A DNA stretch of 64,000 nt from Methanobacteriota archaeon (GCA_004195635.1 PSPT01000003.1:38146-102145), one strand, 5' to 3'; counted from the stretch's first letter, positions 52,606 to 62,672 are shown. Translations and numbers: made by a program. The notes: generated by a model not told the origin, from the letters alone.

Positions 52606-53151
52606 TTATTTTGGTGGCTCTTGAGATTCATCCTCGAGGCGCTTGTGCTGCATACCTTGCCAAACCCCCCAGCCCAATAATGCTGCACCGATAATAGGCA
52701 TGAGGAAAGGTTGCATCCATCGGCGTTCAAGATAAATTGACCATTCAAGTTCACCATCTAATTCGTATGCAATAGAGTACGTTCCACCTTCTTCAATATC
52801 AAATGTGACTCCATTTTCATCGCCCTTCGCGAGAAAGATATCATCGAATGTTTGAACAGCATCGCCATCTTCATTGACTAATGAAAACTTTGCATCAATG
52901 CAAGAAGTTGATTCGGGAAAACACTTTGTCCCTTTGAATTCAAGGCGAATAGAATCTCCTTTTGCAACATCTATAGATAATAACTCCCCTCGGACATTTC
53001 GCTGGACCTCACCATTTTCGCCCTCTATTGCACCAGCATCATGAGTGACGGGAATAAACATCAAGGAAAGCGAACCTAAAAGTAATACTGCACCAATAAT
53101 TGTTGCAACATCATGGAGAGAAATTGCAGGTGCATGTCCACCGCCGGCCAT
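52606..53151 (-). CDS. Membrane protein with extracellular beta-sandwich (GOLD-like) between two TM helices
   Basis: TM helix, beta-rich domain (EEGGTYSI), TM helix. Confidence 0.7.
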   Translation of the reverse strand: MAGGGHAPAISLHDVATIIGAVLLLGSLSLMFIPVTHDAGAIEGENGEVQRNVRGELLSIDVAKGDSIRLEFKGTKCFPESTSCIDAKFSLVNEDGDAVQTFDDIFLAKGDENGVTFDIEEGGTYSIAYELDGELEWSIYLERRWMQPFLMPIIGAALLGWGVWQGMQHKRLEDESQEPPK

Positions 53152-53261
53152 GAACCCTCCAAATGCATCGAGCACATGAAATGCGCACCTCAAACAATTG
53201 TTCAATAATTATTGCAGACTAAGGAGTCACCCCAAACGTTCACGAGCAAAGGGGCAAATCC

Positions 53262-53744
53262 TCAGTTACTTTTCCTTGGTGGCTTTTGCAAACCCATACG
53301 CTTGCGAACCATGGCGATTTTCCCCGATGCAGTTACGGAAGAAAATATGCTGGAAACCGAAAGATTTTCTTCCCCTTCCAGTCTTACAGAAATATCAATT
53401 TCGGCACCATCAACAGATGAATTGGTGGCGGCAGAAAATATACCTCGCAACAGAGAATAGTCTTTCAAATCAATTCTAACAATCGCCCTGCCGTGATGAA
53501 CGGAATTATCTGAAATATCTGCTGAATCTGTTGAAGATAGGGAGGAATTAGTTTGCTTTGGTGCATAATGGCAATCAAAGAGGCGCCATTTGAATTGATC
53601 AGCAACGAATTTGGCAAATTTTTGCTCAAAAATAGTTCGGCTTTGAATGTCAGCGTCAAACTCAACTCCAACCCAACGCCACTTCGGGCGCAAGGCCTTG
53701 GTCAATTTCCGCTTACCCAAATTGGGGTTGGAATTGCCGCTCAT
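53262..53744 (-). CDS. RNase P protein Pop5/Rpp14 family
   Basis: LRPKWRWVGV, GRAIVR, VTASGKIAMVR; true start lies inside the longer track ORF. Confidence 0.75.
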   Translation of the reverse strand: MSGNSNPNLGKRKLTKALRPKWRWVGVEFDADIQSRTIFEQKFAKFVADQFKWRLFDCHYAPKQTNSSLSSTDSADISDNSVHHGRAIVRIDLKDYSLLRGIFSAATNSSVDGAEIDISVRLEGEENLSVSSIFSSVTASGKIAMVRKRMGLQKPPRKSN

Positions 53745-53766
53745 GCGCATCCGAGGGCCGCACCCC

Positions 53767-53774
53767 TTAACATG
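53767..53774. promoter_or_regulatory. Shared TATA-like box (TTAACATG) of a bidirectional promoter
   Basis: Exactly 22 nt from both divergent ATGs (53744 and 53797). Confidence 0.55.
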
Positions 53775-53796
53775 CTTAGACCTCCGGCAACAGTTC

Positions 53797-55452
53797 ATGG
53801 TTGCATCGAACGACCCATCGCTTGATGGCGGGGAAGAGGCAGATGACTTATTGAGTGATCTAATTGATTCAAGTGATGAATCCACTGAAACAACTGACGG
53901 ATCAACAGACTCATCATCATCCGGCGAAACAAATCCCCTCACCCCAGCAGTCGGAGAAAAGGAATTCAATGAAGATATTGACTCCTTTGGGATTTTTACA
54001 CTTCTAAGGACTATATTAGCACGAAATACGATGCCGCACATTCTTCTTTTGGCGACTTCCGCCTTTTTCCTTAACATATTGGCAAATAGTTCGGCAGATG
54101 GTTCTGCAGAGTTTGCGGCAATGGGCTTTATTTCACTTGCCGGAGCATATGCAATCGTCGCCTTACTTTCAAAGAAAGAGTCAATGCAACGAATGCTACA
54201 TACAAGCCCTTTCTCTCTCACCGAGGGGGAAGAAAAATCATTCTCAAATGTAATGATTCATAAAACAAAGCAGATAGTCAAAGTTTGGGCATTACCACTA
54301 GTTATTACTGGAGCACTTCTAATGCTACTAATGGTATCATTTAGCGATGATAGTCCGCTTGGTTCTGTTCGCAGTTACCTGCCTTTTGGATTAGGGTCTC
54401 TTTTTGTCGCATGGTCTATTGGCCAGGGAGTTTCATTTAGAGCATCAATCGCTACAATGATCAAAGAGAAAGTCTCGGAAAAATCAACTGAGATAAGCCC
54501 TCCACATTTTTGGCCGATAGCAATTACGATGATGGTGGCAAACCTAATTGTGGGTGTACTCCTCATCATTTTATTCTCAGCAATTCAAGATAAGGAATTA
54601 ACAACATCTCTTGACCAAGCAAGCACTTCAATTGGAGGACATGTGTTATTCATTGTACTGATTTTGGCATCGCAGGGTGGATTATTGTGGTGGTCAAAGG
54701 CATTTGTGGAAAGTGCAAGTACTAACAAGCAAAGTAATTCCTTTTCCCTGCGTTGGGGAATAGCAGTTCAAGCATTTGCAACATGGCACCTAATGTCTGT
54801 ATATCGACAATACATGATGGCATCACCATCTACTTTCACCGCAATTGAAGAAGGACTCCTAATGATAATCACCGTTTTGCTTGCCATTTGGGGAATGACG
54901 ACAAAAGGAATCGCCAAAGAAAACAGTATTTTTACTAAGGATAATGCGCTCTTTTGGGGATTGGCATTTGGCTTTGGATATGCTGGGTCAATCGCGATGG
55001 TAGCGAATGTATTGGGCGACGTCAAGGGAGTCTTAATCGCCGGTCACCTAATCACCTGGATGACCCTTCAACTCCTCCACCGCGCCGCATTAAAGGACTT
55101 CCTAATCTCAAAAGGCCAAATTGATAAGGCTGGAAATGATAAGACCGAACCAAGTGACACCCCATCTGAAAATTCCGGCTCTGAGGCAATTGCCGCCGCT
55201 GGAAAAGAAGCAGGAGATGGTGAAGAGGACGAGGCTCCAGTTGGCGAAAATATAGATTTGGATGGAGATGCAATTGGTGATGATTCAAATGTTGATTGGA
55301 GCGGAGAAATACCCGATCCAATCGTTGCAGATGAGGATTGGGGCGGAGACGAGCAAAATGAGAATCCGCCAGTCAATACTGATGAAGAAGATTCAAGTGA
55401 CCAAGATGAAAGCAATGGTTCATTTGACGATGATTTGGAATTACTAGATTGA
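53797..55452 (+). CDS. Multi-pass membrane protein (about 10 TM) with acidic disordered termini
   Basis: Hydrophobicity pattern; D/E-rich ends. Confidence 0.8.
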   Translation: MVASNDPSLDGGEEADDLLSDLIDSSDESTETTDGSTDSSSSGETNPLTPAVGEKEFNEDIDSFGIFTLLRTILARNTMPHILLLATSAFFLNILANSSADGSAEFAAMGFISLAGAYAIVALLSKKESMQRMLHTSPFSLTEGEEKSFSNVMIHKTKQIVKVWALPLVITGALLMLLMVSFSDDSPLGSVRSYLPFGLGSLFVAWSIGQGVSFRASIATMIKEKVSEKSTEISPPHFWPIAITMMVANLIVGVLLIILFSAIQDKELTTSLDQASTSIGGHVLFIVLILASQGGLLWWSKAFVESASTNKQSNSFSLRWGIAVQAFATWHLMSVYRQYMMASPSTFTAIEEGLLMIITVLLAIWGMTTKGIAKENSIFTKDNALFWGLAFGFGYAGSIAMVANVLGDVKGVLIAGHLITWMTLQLLHRAALKDFLISKGQIDKAGNDKTEPSDTPSENSGSEAIAAAGKEAGDGEEDEAPVGENIDLDGDAIGDDSNVDWSGEIPDPIVADEDWGGDEQNENPPVNTDEEDSSDQDESNGSFDDDLELLD

Positions 55453-55476
55453 TACTATAGGTCCGAAAAACGTTAT

Positions 55477-56394
55477 TCAAGATGGTAAGCCAGCACCACT
55501 AATCACTGCAACTACTCTTATTTTTCCTTCCAATTCGGATGTTGTTCTGGCTCCGAGGATTACTTGAGCATCCCTGTGTAATCCCGAAGTAAAAGCACTT
55601 GCTACGGCTTCAAGTTGCTGAATAGTCATGCCAATTCCACCTTCAACTTGAATCAAGCAACCTCTCGCTCCTTGTATTTGCACATCGTAAAGTGGTGCTC
55701 GCACAGCATTTTGGAAAATCAACATTGGAGAATCGGGGTCGCCTTCAGCTACAAGCAATGTAGAACGGCCGTCTTTTTGAACGATAGAACGAAGGTCCAT
55801 GAGGTCCAAATTGATGAGCCCTATCTTTGAAATTGTCGTTACCAAGCCTTCGACTAATTCTTCGATCCATGCTGCCCCTAAACGCCAATCTACGCCTCTT
55901 TCACGTGCCTGCCATGCCAACCGGTCCAATGATAGTCGCACACAAACGTCTGAGTATTTCTCCAGTTTTACGCAGGCTTCCTCGGCAACTTGTCGCCGAG
56001 AAGGTTGTGCATCAAAAGGCAAAGCAGCGATAGATAGCACAAGTGCGCCGCGGCGCTTTGCTTGCCGGGCCATGTCGGGCGCAGCGCCACTTCCGGAACC
56101 GCCCCCAAGAGCGGTCAAAAGAATTACCAATTCAACCGGTTCGAGAACTCGGTTAACAAATTGAGTCAAATTACGCATACGTTGTTCACCAAGTTCGGGT
56201 AAAGAAGCACAACCAGAAGAATCGGGACTATCACCCAAAGTAAGCACATGAGCCTGCGTAGGTGAATCAACTCCACTAGGGTCAGCGTCAATCAGTAGCA
56301 AATCAACATTTGTACCACAACGTGTTTTGGCCCGATTGGCCCACGTACACCCCAATCCTCCGACACCAACAAGGAGCAGAGAAGCGTCTTTCAT
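55477..56394 (-). CDS. Divergent FtsZ-family protein
   Basis: VGVGGLG, LGGGSGSGAAP, GLINLDLMD, GARGCLI, VILGA. Confidence 0.85.
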   Translation of the reverse strand: MKDASLLLVGVGGLGCTWANRAKTRCGTNVDLLLIDADPSGVDSPTQAHVLTLGDSPDSSGCASLPELGEQRMRNLTQFVNRVLEPVELVILLTALGGGSGSGAAPDMARQAKRRGALVLSIAALPFDAQPSRRQVAEEACVKLEKYSDVCVRLSLDRLAWQARERGVDWRLGAAWIEELVEGLVTTISKIGLINLDLMDLRSIVQKDGRSTLLVAEGDPDSPMLIFQNAVRAPLYDVQIQGARGCLIQVEGGIGMTIQQLEAVASAFTSGLHRDAQVILGARTTSELEGKIRVVAVISGAGLPS

Positions 56395-56500
56395 AGGGTG
56401 GACCTCAAACACCCCTAAACCCCATAGTCAATGAACTTACACCCAATTATTACAGGTTCAAAGTAAAATTAGTAAAACAAATAATTCGTCGTATTTCGAC

Positions 56501-56806
56501 TCAATCATAAGTAAGGAAACGCTGATATTTACGGCGCTGGTCTCGTGCCCAAGCATTATCTGGCTCTAAATCAAGAACTCTCTGATAATATCCTACCGCC
56601 TTTTCAAACTCCGACAAATGTTTGCCGTACAAGTGTCCTAAATTGTTCAACACAGGGATGCAATCCGCTTCTTCCTCCAGCATAGCGAGAAACATATTCT
56701 CGGCTGCTGTTAAGTCCTGCTTTTCCATCTTATCCTCTGCCTCATCCAAATCTTGTAATTGTTTTGCAGAGAGTGAATAGGTATTCTTGAAGGGTGTTTC
56801 AACCAT
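56501..56806 (-). CDS. TPR protein
   Basis: LNNLGHLY, AVGYYQRVLDLEPDN. Confidence 0.85.
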   Translation of the reverse strand: MVETPFKNTYSLSAKQLQDLDEAEDKMEKQDLTAAENMFLAMLEEEADCIPVLNNLGHLYGKHLSEFEKAVGYYQRVLDLEPDNAWARDQRRKYQRFLTYD

Positions 56807-57043
56807 GCTGACCACGCACTACCACAGAGCAGCACACTTTCAACCCAGCGGAGAAAATTTTTAGCGTCGGGCAGGGAAAAAATACTCGGTGGTGAGCCCA
56901 ATAGACACCTGGAAATCTGATAATTGTAATAAATAGCATTCCCATAATCGAAGAACTGTCCTCTTTACCCTACATTATTTGTTGCCGGTGAATGAGAGAG
57001 AGGGAGGGTAATCCTCAATATGGCTCGGCGTTTGGCGGGAAAC

Positions 57044-58285
57044 ATGGCATTACCTGAAGTCGTAGTAGTAGGCGGAGCAAGAACCCCATTTTGTGAATGG
57101 GCTGGTGGAAAAAGAGGAGATGGAAAGCCTGGCGGATTGCTAGCCGAAGTCAGTGCTGAAGATTTAGGTGCAGCCGCTATTCGCGGTGCTCTTGAAAAGA
57201 CTGGATGCGACCCTGCGTCGGTTGACCATGTCGTAATGGGATATGCACTACAAACCTCAGATCAAGCGATTTTTGGTGGCCGACACGCAGGACTCAAAGC
57301 GGGTATCCCTCAAGAAGTGCCGATGTTAACCCTCAGCCGAATATGTGGGAGTGGGGCTCAATCAATTGTTTCTGGCGCTCAAATGATCATGCTTGGAGAA
57401 GCCGAAGTCGTAGTTGCCGGAGGCATGGAAAACCTAAGCCAAGCTCCTCATGTTTTGCGCGGAATGCGTTCAACATACCGTTTGGGTCGTCCTCCACGGG
57501 CTGGAGATGAGTTGCCCAAAAATATGGAAGATTACCTTTTCACAAACCTGTTGGATGGGATGTGTGGCTCATTTATGGCACAGACTTCCGATGAACTTTG
57601 CCGACGCAAAGGAGTTACTCGCGAGGAAACTGATGCCTTCGCTGCACTATCACAAAATCGCACTGAAAAATCAATAGACGAGGGCATTTGGCATCAGGAA
57701 ATTGTTGAAGTTGAAACTCCATCTGGTGTTGTTGGTGCAAAAGATGAAGACCATGTTGTACGCAACACAACTCCCGAATCTCTTGCAAGTTTGCGAACAG
57801 CCTTTGGAGAGGATAGCCTAGTTACTGCCGGAAATGCTTCTGGCGTAGTAGATGGCGCCGCTGCGGTGGTCATCAAGTCGGCTGAACGAGCAAAGGCTGA
57901 TGGTGACGATGTTATTGCAAAGATTGTCTCTTGGGGAATTGTTGGACTTGAACCTGCAATCATGGCTTATGGGCCAGTGCCGAGTAGCCGACTTGCTCTT
58001 AAAAAAGCCGGACTGACCGTTAATGATATTGATCGCTGGGAAATTAACGAGGCTTTTGCCGGTCAAGCAGTAGCTTGTATTAACGATCTTGAAATCGATG
58101 TAGAAAAAGTAAATGTCAATGGTGGTGCAGTTGGATTAGGACACCCGCTAGCAGCAACAGGAACCCGGCTAGTTCTTACTTTAGCATATGAATTACGTCG
58201 CTGCGGCGGCAAATATGGCGTTGCTACTGCATGTATTGGTGGCGGTCAAGGAATTGCAGTAATTATTCAAAATCCATCAGTCTAG
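57044..58285 (+). CDS. Thiolase (acetyl-CoA C-acyltransferase)
   Basis: ICGSG, NEAFA, GHPLAATG, CIGGGQG. Confidence 0.95.
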   Translation: MALPEVVVVGGARTPFCEWAGGKRGDGKPGGLLAEVSAEDLGAAAIRGALEKTGCDPASVDHVVMGYALQTSDQAIFGGRHAGLKAGIPQEVPMLTLSRICGSGAQSIVSGAQMIMLGEAEVVVAGGMENLSQAPHVLRGMRSTYRLGRPPRAGDELPKNMEDYLFTNLLDGMCGSFMAQTSDELCRRKGVTREETDAFAALSQNRTEKSIDEGIWHQEIVEVETPSGVVGAKDEDHVVRNTTPESLASLRTAFGEDSLVTAGNASGVVDGAAAVVIKSAERAKADGDDVIAKIVSWGIVGLEPAIMAYGPVPSSRLALKKAGLTVNDIDRWEINEAFAGQAVACINDLEIDVEKVNVNGGAVGLGHPLAATGTRLVLTLAYELRRCGGKYGVATACIGGGQGIAVIIQNPSV

Positions 58286-58451
58286 AGTGAATCTGTCACA
58301 CCCGCCTATTGCTGCAGGCCAGTGAAGTGAGGCTGGTGAGGTACAGGCCTGAATGCTCTCTTGCTTGAATCAATTCAACTATAGGGACATGAAATTGGCG
58401 TCGCCACTATAAGGGAACTTAGTCGAGCCTCATCTATTCAGATAGAAGGGG

Positions 58452-58700
58452 ATGCTAATGCTGGAAACATCAATGTACGGTGCCTATCTTGGAATGGCAC
58501 TTATTCTTGCAGCATTCGCACTTGAAACCCGCGGCAAAATTTCTAGTCGTGCACCTGCATATCTATGGACTATGGCAATTGGCCAAATCCTTCTCGGCAT
58601 ACGAGCGGGAGTTACTCAAGAATGGCCCTTCGTCGCCCTCTCTGTAGTTTGGGCTGGTTTCGCCTTTTACGCAATATTTGTACCCAATAGTGCCGAATAA
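58452..58700 (+). CDS. Small 3-TM membrane protein
   Basis: Three hydrophobic helices. Confidence 0.7.
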   Translation: MLMLETSMYGAYLGMALILAAFALETRGKISSRAPAYLWTMAIGQILLGIRAGVTQEWPFVALSVVWAGFAFYAIFVPNSAE

Positions 58701-58750
58701 CCAGATATCCCATTACCCCTCGCCGAATTTTTTTCTTGCCAAATAATGAA

Positions 58751-61147
58751 TTATTGTGTATTTGAGGGCTCATTTGCATTTTTGCTTATTGTTTTCGCTA
58801 ACCACCAAGTGCCAGCAACTGCGATTACCCAGAAAAGAATATTCACTCGATATGTCATGTGGTATGCATCCAATTCGCTCATGCCTTTGCCCAAAAAACC
58901 ATTCATCAATACATATCCAATTGCAATTCCAACTGCTTGACCAGCAAGAGCAACTGCACCAGCAACACCCATCCCGCGGTTTCGCTCTTTTTCAGTTGTA
59001 AATCTCGCCAACAAGGAATCATTTGAAACTAATAACATTGGATACACCGGAATTACAAAGATGAATACCGCCAAAAAGGGAGGCAAACCAATACTGTAAA
59101 TTGACCATAAAGTTCCGTAGGCAATAGCCGACCAAAGAAGCACATTTTGCGCACCAATTGAATCACATATTTTCCCGATTATCGCATACAAAATCAATAC
59201 TGCAAGAACTGCCCACGCCTCCAATAGACCTGAAAAGTCGATGTCAAAACCAACTATTTCGAGATAGCGCAGAGTGGTCAATACTACTGCACCCCTGGGG
59301 ATTGCGACCAGAAGAACTCCGGCCATGACAAACTTTGGCCACTTACTTTCAAAGGTGAATAATTCCTTCAACGCCGACATCATTGCCGACAAACGACCTA
59401 TACCTTCCCCCCTTGGCGTTGGACCTTCCTCTCCCTTTATCTGCCATATTGGCAGGGTAAATTCTTCGCCTTCTAAATGCCTAACTAAGTATGCCGCAAT
59501 TGTAAGCATTGGAATTGAAATAGTAATTGCTCCGAGCATTGCAGAACTTACACCGTTTGAATCTAACAAATACTTGTACAACCAACCATTTGCCATCGAA
59601 CTGGCTGCTGCAAACAAACTGGAAACCGCATAAAGCATACCAATGAATTCACCTTTGTGTTCGGGAAACCACTCAGTTCCAACTGCGAAAGCAATTCTTG
59701 ACGACCCGAATAAGGTAGTTTGAATGAGAGTTAGTGGTATGAATAGTTCCAGCGGTGCCCACGGGAATGCAAACATTACTACCGCTGCCCCTATTAGAGA
59801 AATACTAAGAATTTGCTTTCGTCGACCAATACGATCGGCCAAGGCCCCCCACAAAGGCCCCGAAATACCGTATGTGAGTATTAGGAGTCCGCCATGCAGG
59901 AGAACCAGGTCTTCACTGGCTCCAAGTTTACGCGAATGGAAGGAATAGAGAATCATCGCATTGGCAATACCCATCACCAAAAATGCACCAATCGTAAGCA
60001 TCCTCGGTAAGTCGCTAATATTTTTTGGCCCGTGCCCTAATTCTTCAGCAGCATCAACTAATGAAAAGTATCGCTTGCGAAGCCAAATACCAACAACGAT
60101 TAATGCCGGCAGTGTCAACAAATATAGAATTGTGATAGTCCCATCCCCTAGCAAACTGGGGCCGTCACCTACAAATGATTCAGTCGATTGCCCACTTTGA
60201 TAGTGGTTGCCAGAGGTATCATTAAACATCACATTTGCAGATAATTGTTCCCCATGTTCAACATCAATTTTCCAGTACAAAATAGTTGATTCGTAAGAGA
60301 ATGGTTCTGAACTTTCCACACTAAACGAGCGAAAATGTTCACCCTCGGTAACATTCAGTTCATAGGTCGAGAAGTTGATTTGAGACTCGTCAAGACTCCA
60401 TCTTACTTGGGCAGCCCACTCCACATTCTCTCTCGCATAATCACTTTGATCAGAAGTTACCGACACTCCTTTATTGACCAAATAGGGCTTATCAACTTGC
60501 ATCATTGCTGCTGAGAAAGAAAAATTTGATGGGACTTCAGAAGTACCCCAGAATGCTTCACAATTACTATTCGTCCCAGGAAATGCGTTGCTATTAACTG
60601 TCCATTGCAGAGAAATCGCACTTTCGTTATTGATAATTTCAGGCAATTCCATACCGCTGAAAGTCACTTGACTCTTAGAAGCACTCAAGGTGAAATCACC
60701 ACTATTCACTTGGTCAATCTCATTTCCATCAATCATTACTGATAGGTCAATATCCACACTACCGCTACCACTTACCCACAAAGAAAACTGCCAATCCTCT
60801 CCACCAATTGAGGTATTGCGGACAAATCCCTCAGTACTCATCAGTGGCCCATCTGATGGATTAGAAAGGGAACCGAAAGGGAAATTATGCGAGGAAGATT
60901 GCTCGCCCCCAGTGATGAACGAGGATAAGGCATCGCTATTGGCCGCAAAAATGCTAGTTTGGCGAAATTCTGGATTATACTCAACTTCGGGAGGAGGTGG
61001 GGATTCCATAGATGCAGATGCAGCCGAGGTAGCAAAGGTACCTTGTAATAATATGCCAAAAAAGAATATTACAACGATGGTTGCAAATCTTGCATGGAAA
61101 ATAGAATTATTATGTCCCCCAATAGCATTCTTTACTGAATTGCCCAT
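58751..61147 (-). CDS. MFS transporter fused to a large N-terminal extracellular domain
   Basis: MFS motif A GALADRIGRR and GKICDSIG; signal peptide plus about 300-aa beta-rich domain. Confidence 0.85.
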   Translation of the reverse strand: MGNSVKNAIGGHNNSIFHARFATIVVIFFFGILLQGTFATSAASASMESPPPPEVEYNPEFRQTSIFAANSDALSSFITGGEQSSSHNFPFGSLSNPSDGPLMSTEGFVRNTSIGGEDWQFSLWVSGSGSVDIDLSVMIDGNEIDQVNSGDFTLSASKSQVTFSGMELPEIINNESAISLQWTVNSNAFPGTNSNCEAFWGTSEVPSNFSFSAAMMQVDKPYLVNKGVSVTSDQSDYARENVEWAAQVRWSLDESQINFSTYELNVTEGEHFRSFSVESSEPFSYESTILYWKIDVEHGEQLSANVMFNDTSGNHYQSGQSTESFVGDGPSLLGDGTITILYLLTLPALIVVGIWLRKRYFSLVDAAEELGHGPKNISDLPRMLTIGAFLVMGIANAMILYSFHSRKLGASEDLVLLHGGLLILTYGISGPLWGALADRIGRRKQILSISLIGAAVVMFAFPWAPLELFIPLTLIQTTLFGSSRIAFAVGTEWFPEHKGEFIGMLYAVSSLFAAASSMANGWLYKYLLDSNGVSSAMLGAITISIPMLTIAAYLVRHLEGEEFTLPIWQIKGEEGPTPRGEGIGRLSAMMSALKELFTFESKWPKFVMAGVLLVAIPRGAVVLTTLRYLEIVGFDIDFSGLLEAWAVLAVLILYAIIGKICDSIGAQNVLLWSAIAYGTLWSIYSIGLPPFLAVFIFVIPVYPMLLVSNDSLLARFTTEKERNRGMGVAGAVALAGQAVGIAIGYVLMNGFLGKGMSELDAYHMTYRVNILFWVIAVAGTWWLAKTISKNANEPSNTQ

Positions 61148-61196
61148 GACCTCACCTTCCTTCTCTATTCCAATGCTGAAGTACAATCAAGCCATC

Positions 61197-62672
61197 TCAC
61201 AGAGTAGCAGGACCACCGAGTGGCATTGAGTTTAGAGCAGTAAGGTTCTCTCCACGCAGGGAAGGTCCATCTGTAAATGTCGCAAAAATGCCCATCTCAC
61301 CTCCAAGGTTGTGGGCGAGGGCGAACCAAGGTCGCCCATGCTGGTCCACTCGCATATCGAGGAAATCGCCGAGTCCGCCGCAGCGATTATAGCCGCAATC
61401 GGCAGTGGTGTCTATCGGGTCCTCAGGTAAATTAACCTGCACTGTAGTGAATAAAGGATTTTCTGAAAACGCATCGGTGAGTATGGTGATGTATGCATTC
61501 CACGAGTCTCCTCCACCATCACCCACATAGCCAAAGGCCACTTTGCCTCCATCTCCTGCGGTCACCACAGGGAAACCAGTTCCATTGAGCCCTGCAGGGG
61601 GAGCAATCATCATTGCCTCGCTCCAAGTATCTCCGTTATCTCTTGAGTATGCGTAGTATGGCATATTATCGAGTCCCATCCACATTGCATGTAAGTTATT
61701 GTCCTCATCAACTCCAATTTGGGCTTCTTCGCCATTCCAAGTATCAGCAGAACCAGAGACTTCAGTAGGCAGAGGATGTTCTGTCCAAGTAAGGCCGCCA
61801 TTTGTACTTCTATAGATTGAATATCCCTCTCCATTACAACCGATGTTTCCACGGTAAAAATTACCATTATTTGCACCCTCAATATGTGCAGTGAGTCCTC
61901 CGCTTTGACAGTCAAGAGGTGCACCCGAAACTTCGGGAGTCCAAGTCCACCCACCATCAAAACTAGTTGAACAAAGAGGATGTGGAGCGTTGCCATTAAT
62001 GCAGTAAACCCAAGTGGTTTCGTATAGTGCTGCTTCATATGGAGATGAACCAATAGTTTGGTGGTCCTGCACTGAATAGACAGAAGTTGCGATAGTTGAA
62101 GGTTTCCAAGAATCTCCTTCATTGTCAGACCATTCAACAGTCATTCCGAGAAGGGCGTGCATGTCAAATTTCATTATGCGGTCAGTCCACGGATCAACAT
62201 AGATATAGGGGTCATTGCTATTAACAATAGGAATTGTCGGATTGTAGGCATTTTGGCAGGCATAATCGACCAACGAGACCATCTCAATTAGACCGGAGCA
62301 TTGCACAACTGCAGTTGAGCCACCAGGACCATTGCCGTAACTTGCCATGTAGAGGTTGTCGGCAGAAGTAATCCCCATCGTCGGCTCAAATGTGGTCATA
62401 CCGATGCTGTAGTATGACCCTTGGCTCCAAAATGGCGTATTATTTTCAGTTAAGTTTGCAGTAATGTTTGCTGCCGAGACCGCGCTTTGATTGAGCGCAT
62501 CAATGCCGCCTGCGTAATGATACCATGTGGTCATGGGGATTGATTTTTCAAAACTGAAAGGGGAAGATATTTCCTCTATTTCGGGCTTGTCATCGTTGCC
62601 GAAACAGCCAGAAAGTGATGTGAGAGAAATCATCAGGACAACGATTGTTGTCATCAGCACACGCACTTGCAT
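61197..62672 (-). CDS. BNR/Asp-box (sialidase-like) beta-propeller lipoprotein
   Basis: LSGCFG; SDNEGDSW, SFDGGWTW, STNGGLTW, SRDNGDTW. Confidence 0.85.
   Translation of the reverse strand: MQVRVLMTTIVVLMISLTSLSGCFGNDDKPEIEEISSPFSFEKSIPMTTWYHYAGGIDALNQSAVSAANITANLTENNTPFWSQGSYYSIGMTTFEPTMGITSADNLYMASYGNGPGGSTAVVQCSGLIEMVSLVDYACQNAYNPTIPIVNSNDPYIYVDPWTDRIMKFDMHALLGMTVEWSDNEGDSWKPSTIATSVYSVQDHQTIGSSPYEAALYETTWVYCINGNAPHPLCSTSFDGGWTWTPEVSGAPLDCQSGGLTAHIEGANNGNFYRGNIGCNGEGYSIYRSTNGGLTWTEHPLPTEVSGSADTWNGEEAQIGVDEDNNLHAMWMGLDNMPYYAYSRDNGDTWSEAMMIAPPAGLNGTGFPVVTAGDGGKVAFGYVGDGGGDSWNAYITILTDAFSENPLFTTVQVNLPEDPIDTTADCGYNRCGGLGDFLDMRVDQHGRPWFALAHNLGGEMGIFATFTDGPSLRGENLTALNSMPLGGPATL

Noticed and set aside
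53745-54221. N-terminal extension of the 319-aa track ORF (Pop5)
   Set aside because: Antisense to the membrane-protein gene; the Pop5 motifs and promoter geometry support a start at 53744.
58286-58450. Possible ncRNA after the thiolase gene (caggcc...ggcctg)
   Set aside because: Short inverted repeat only; no SRP, C/D box or riboswitch signature recognised.
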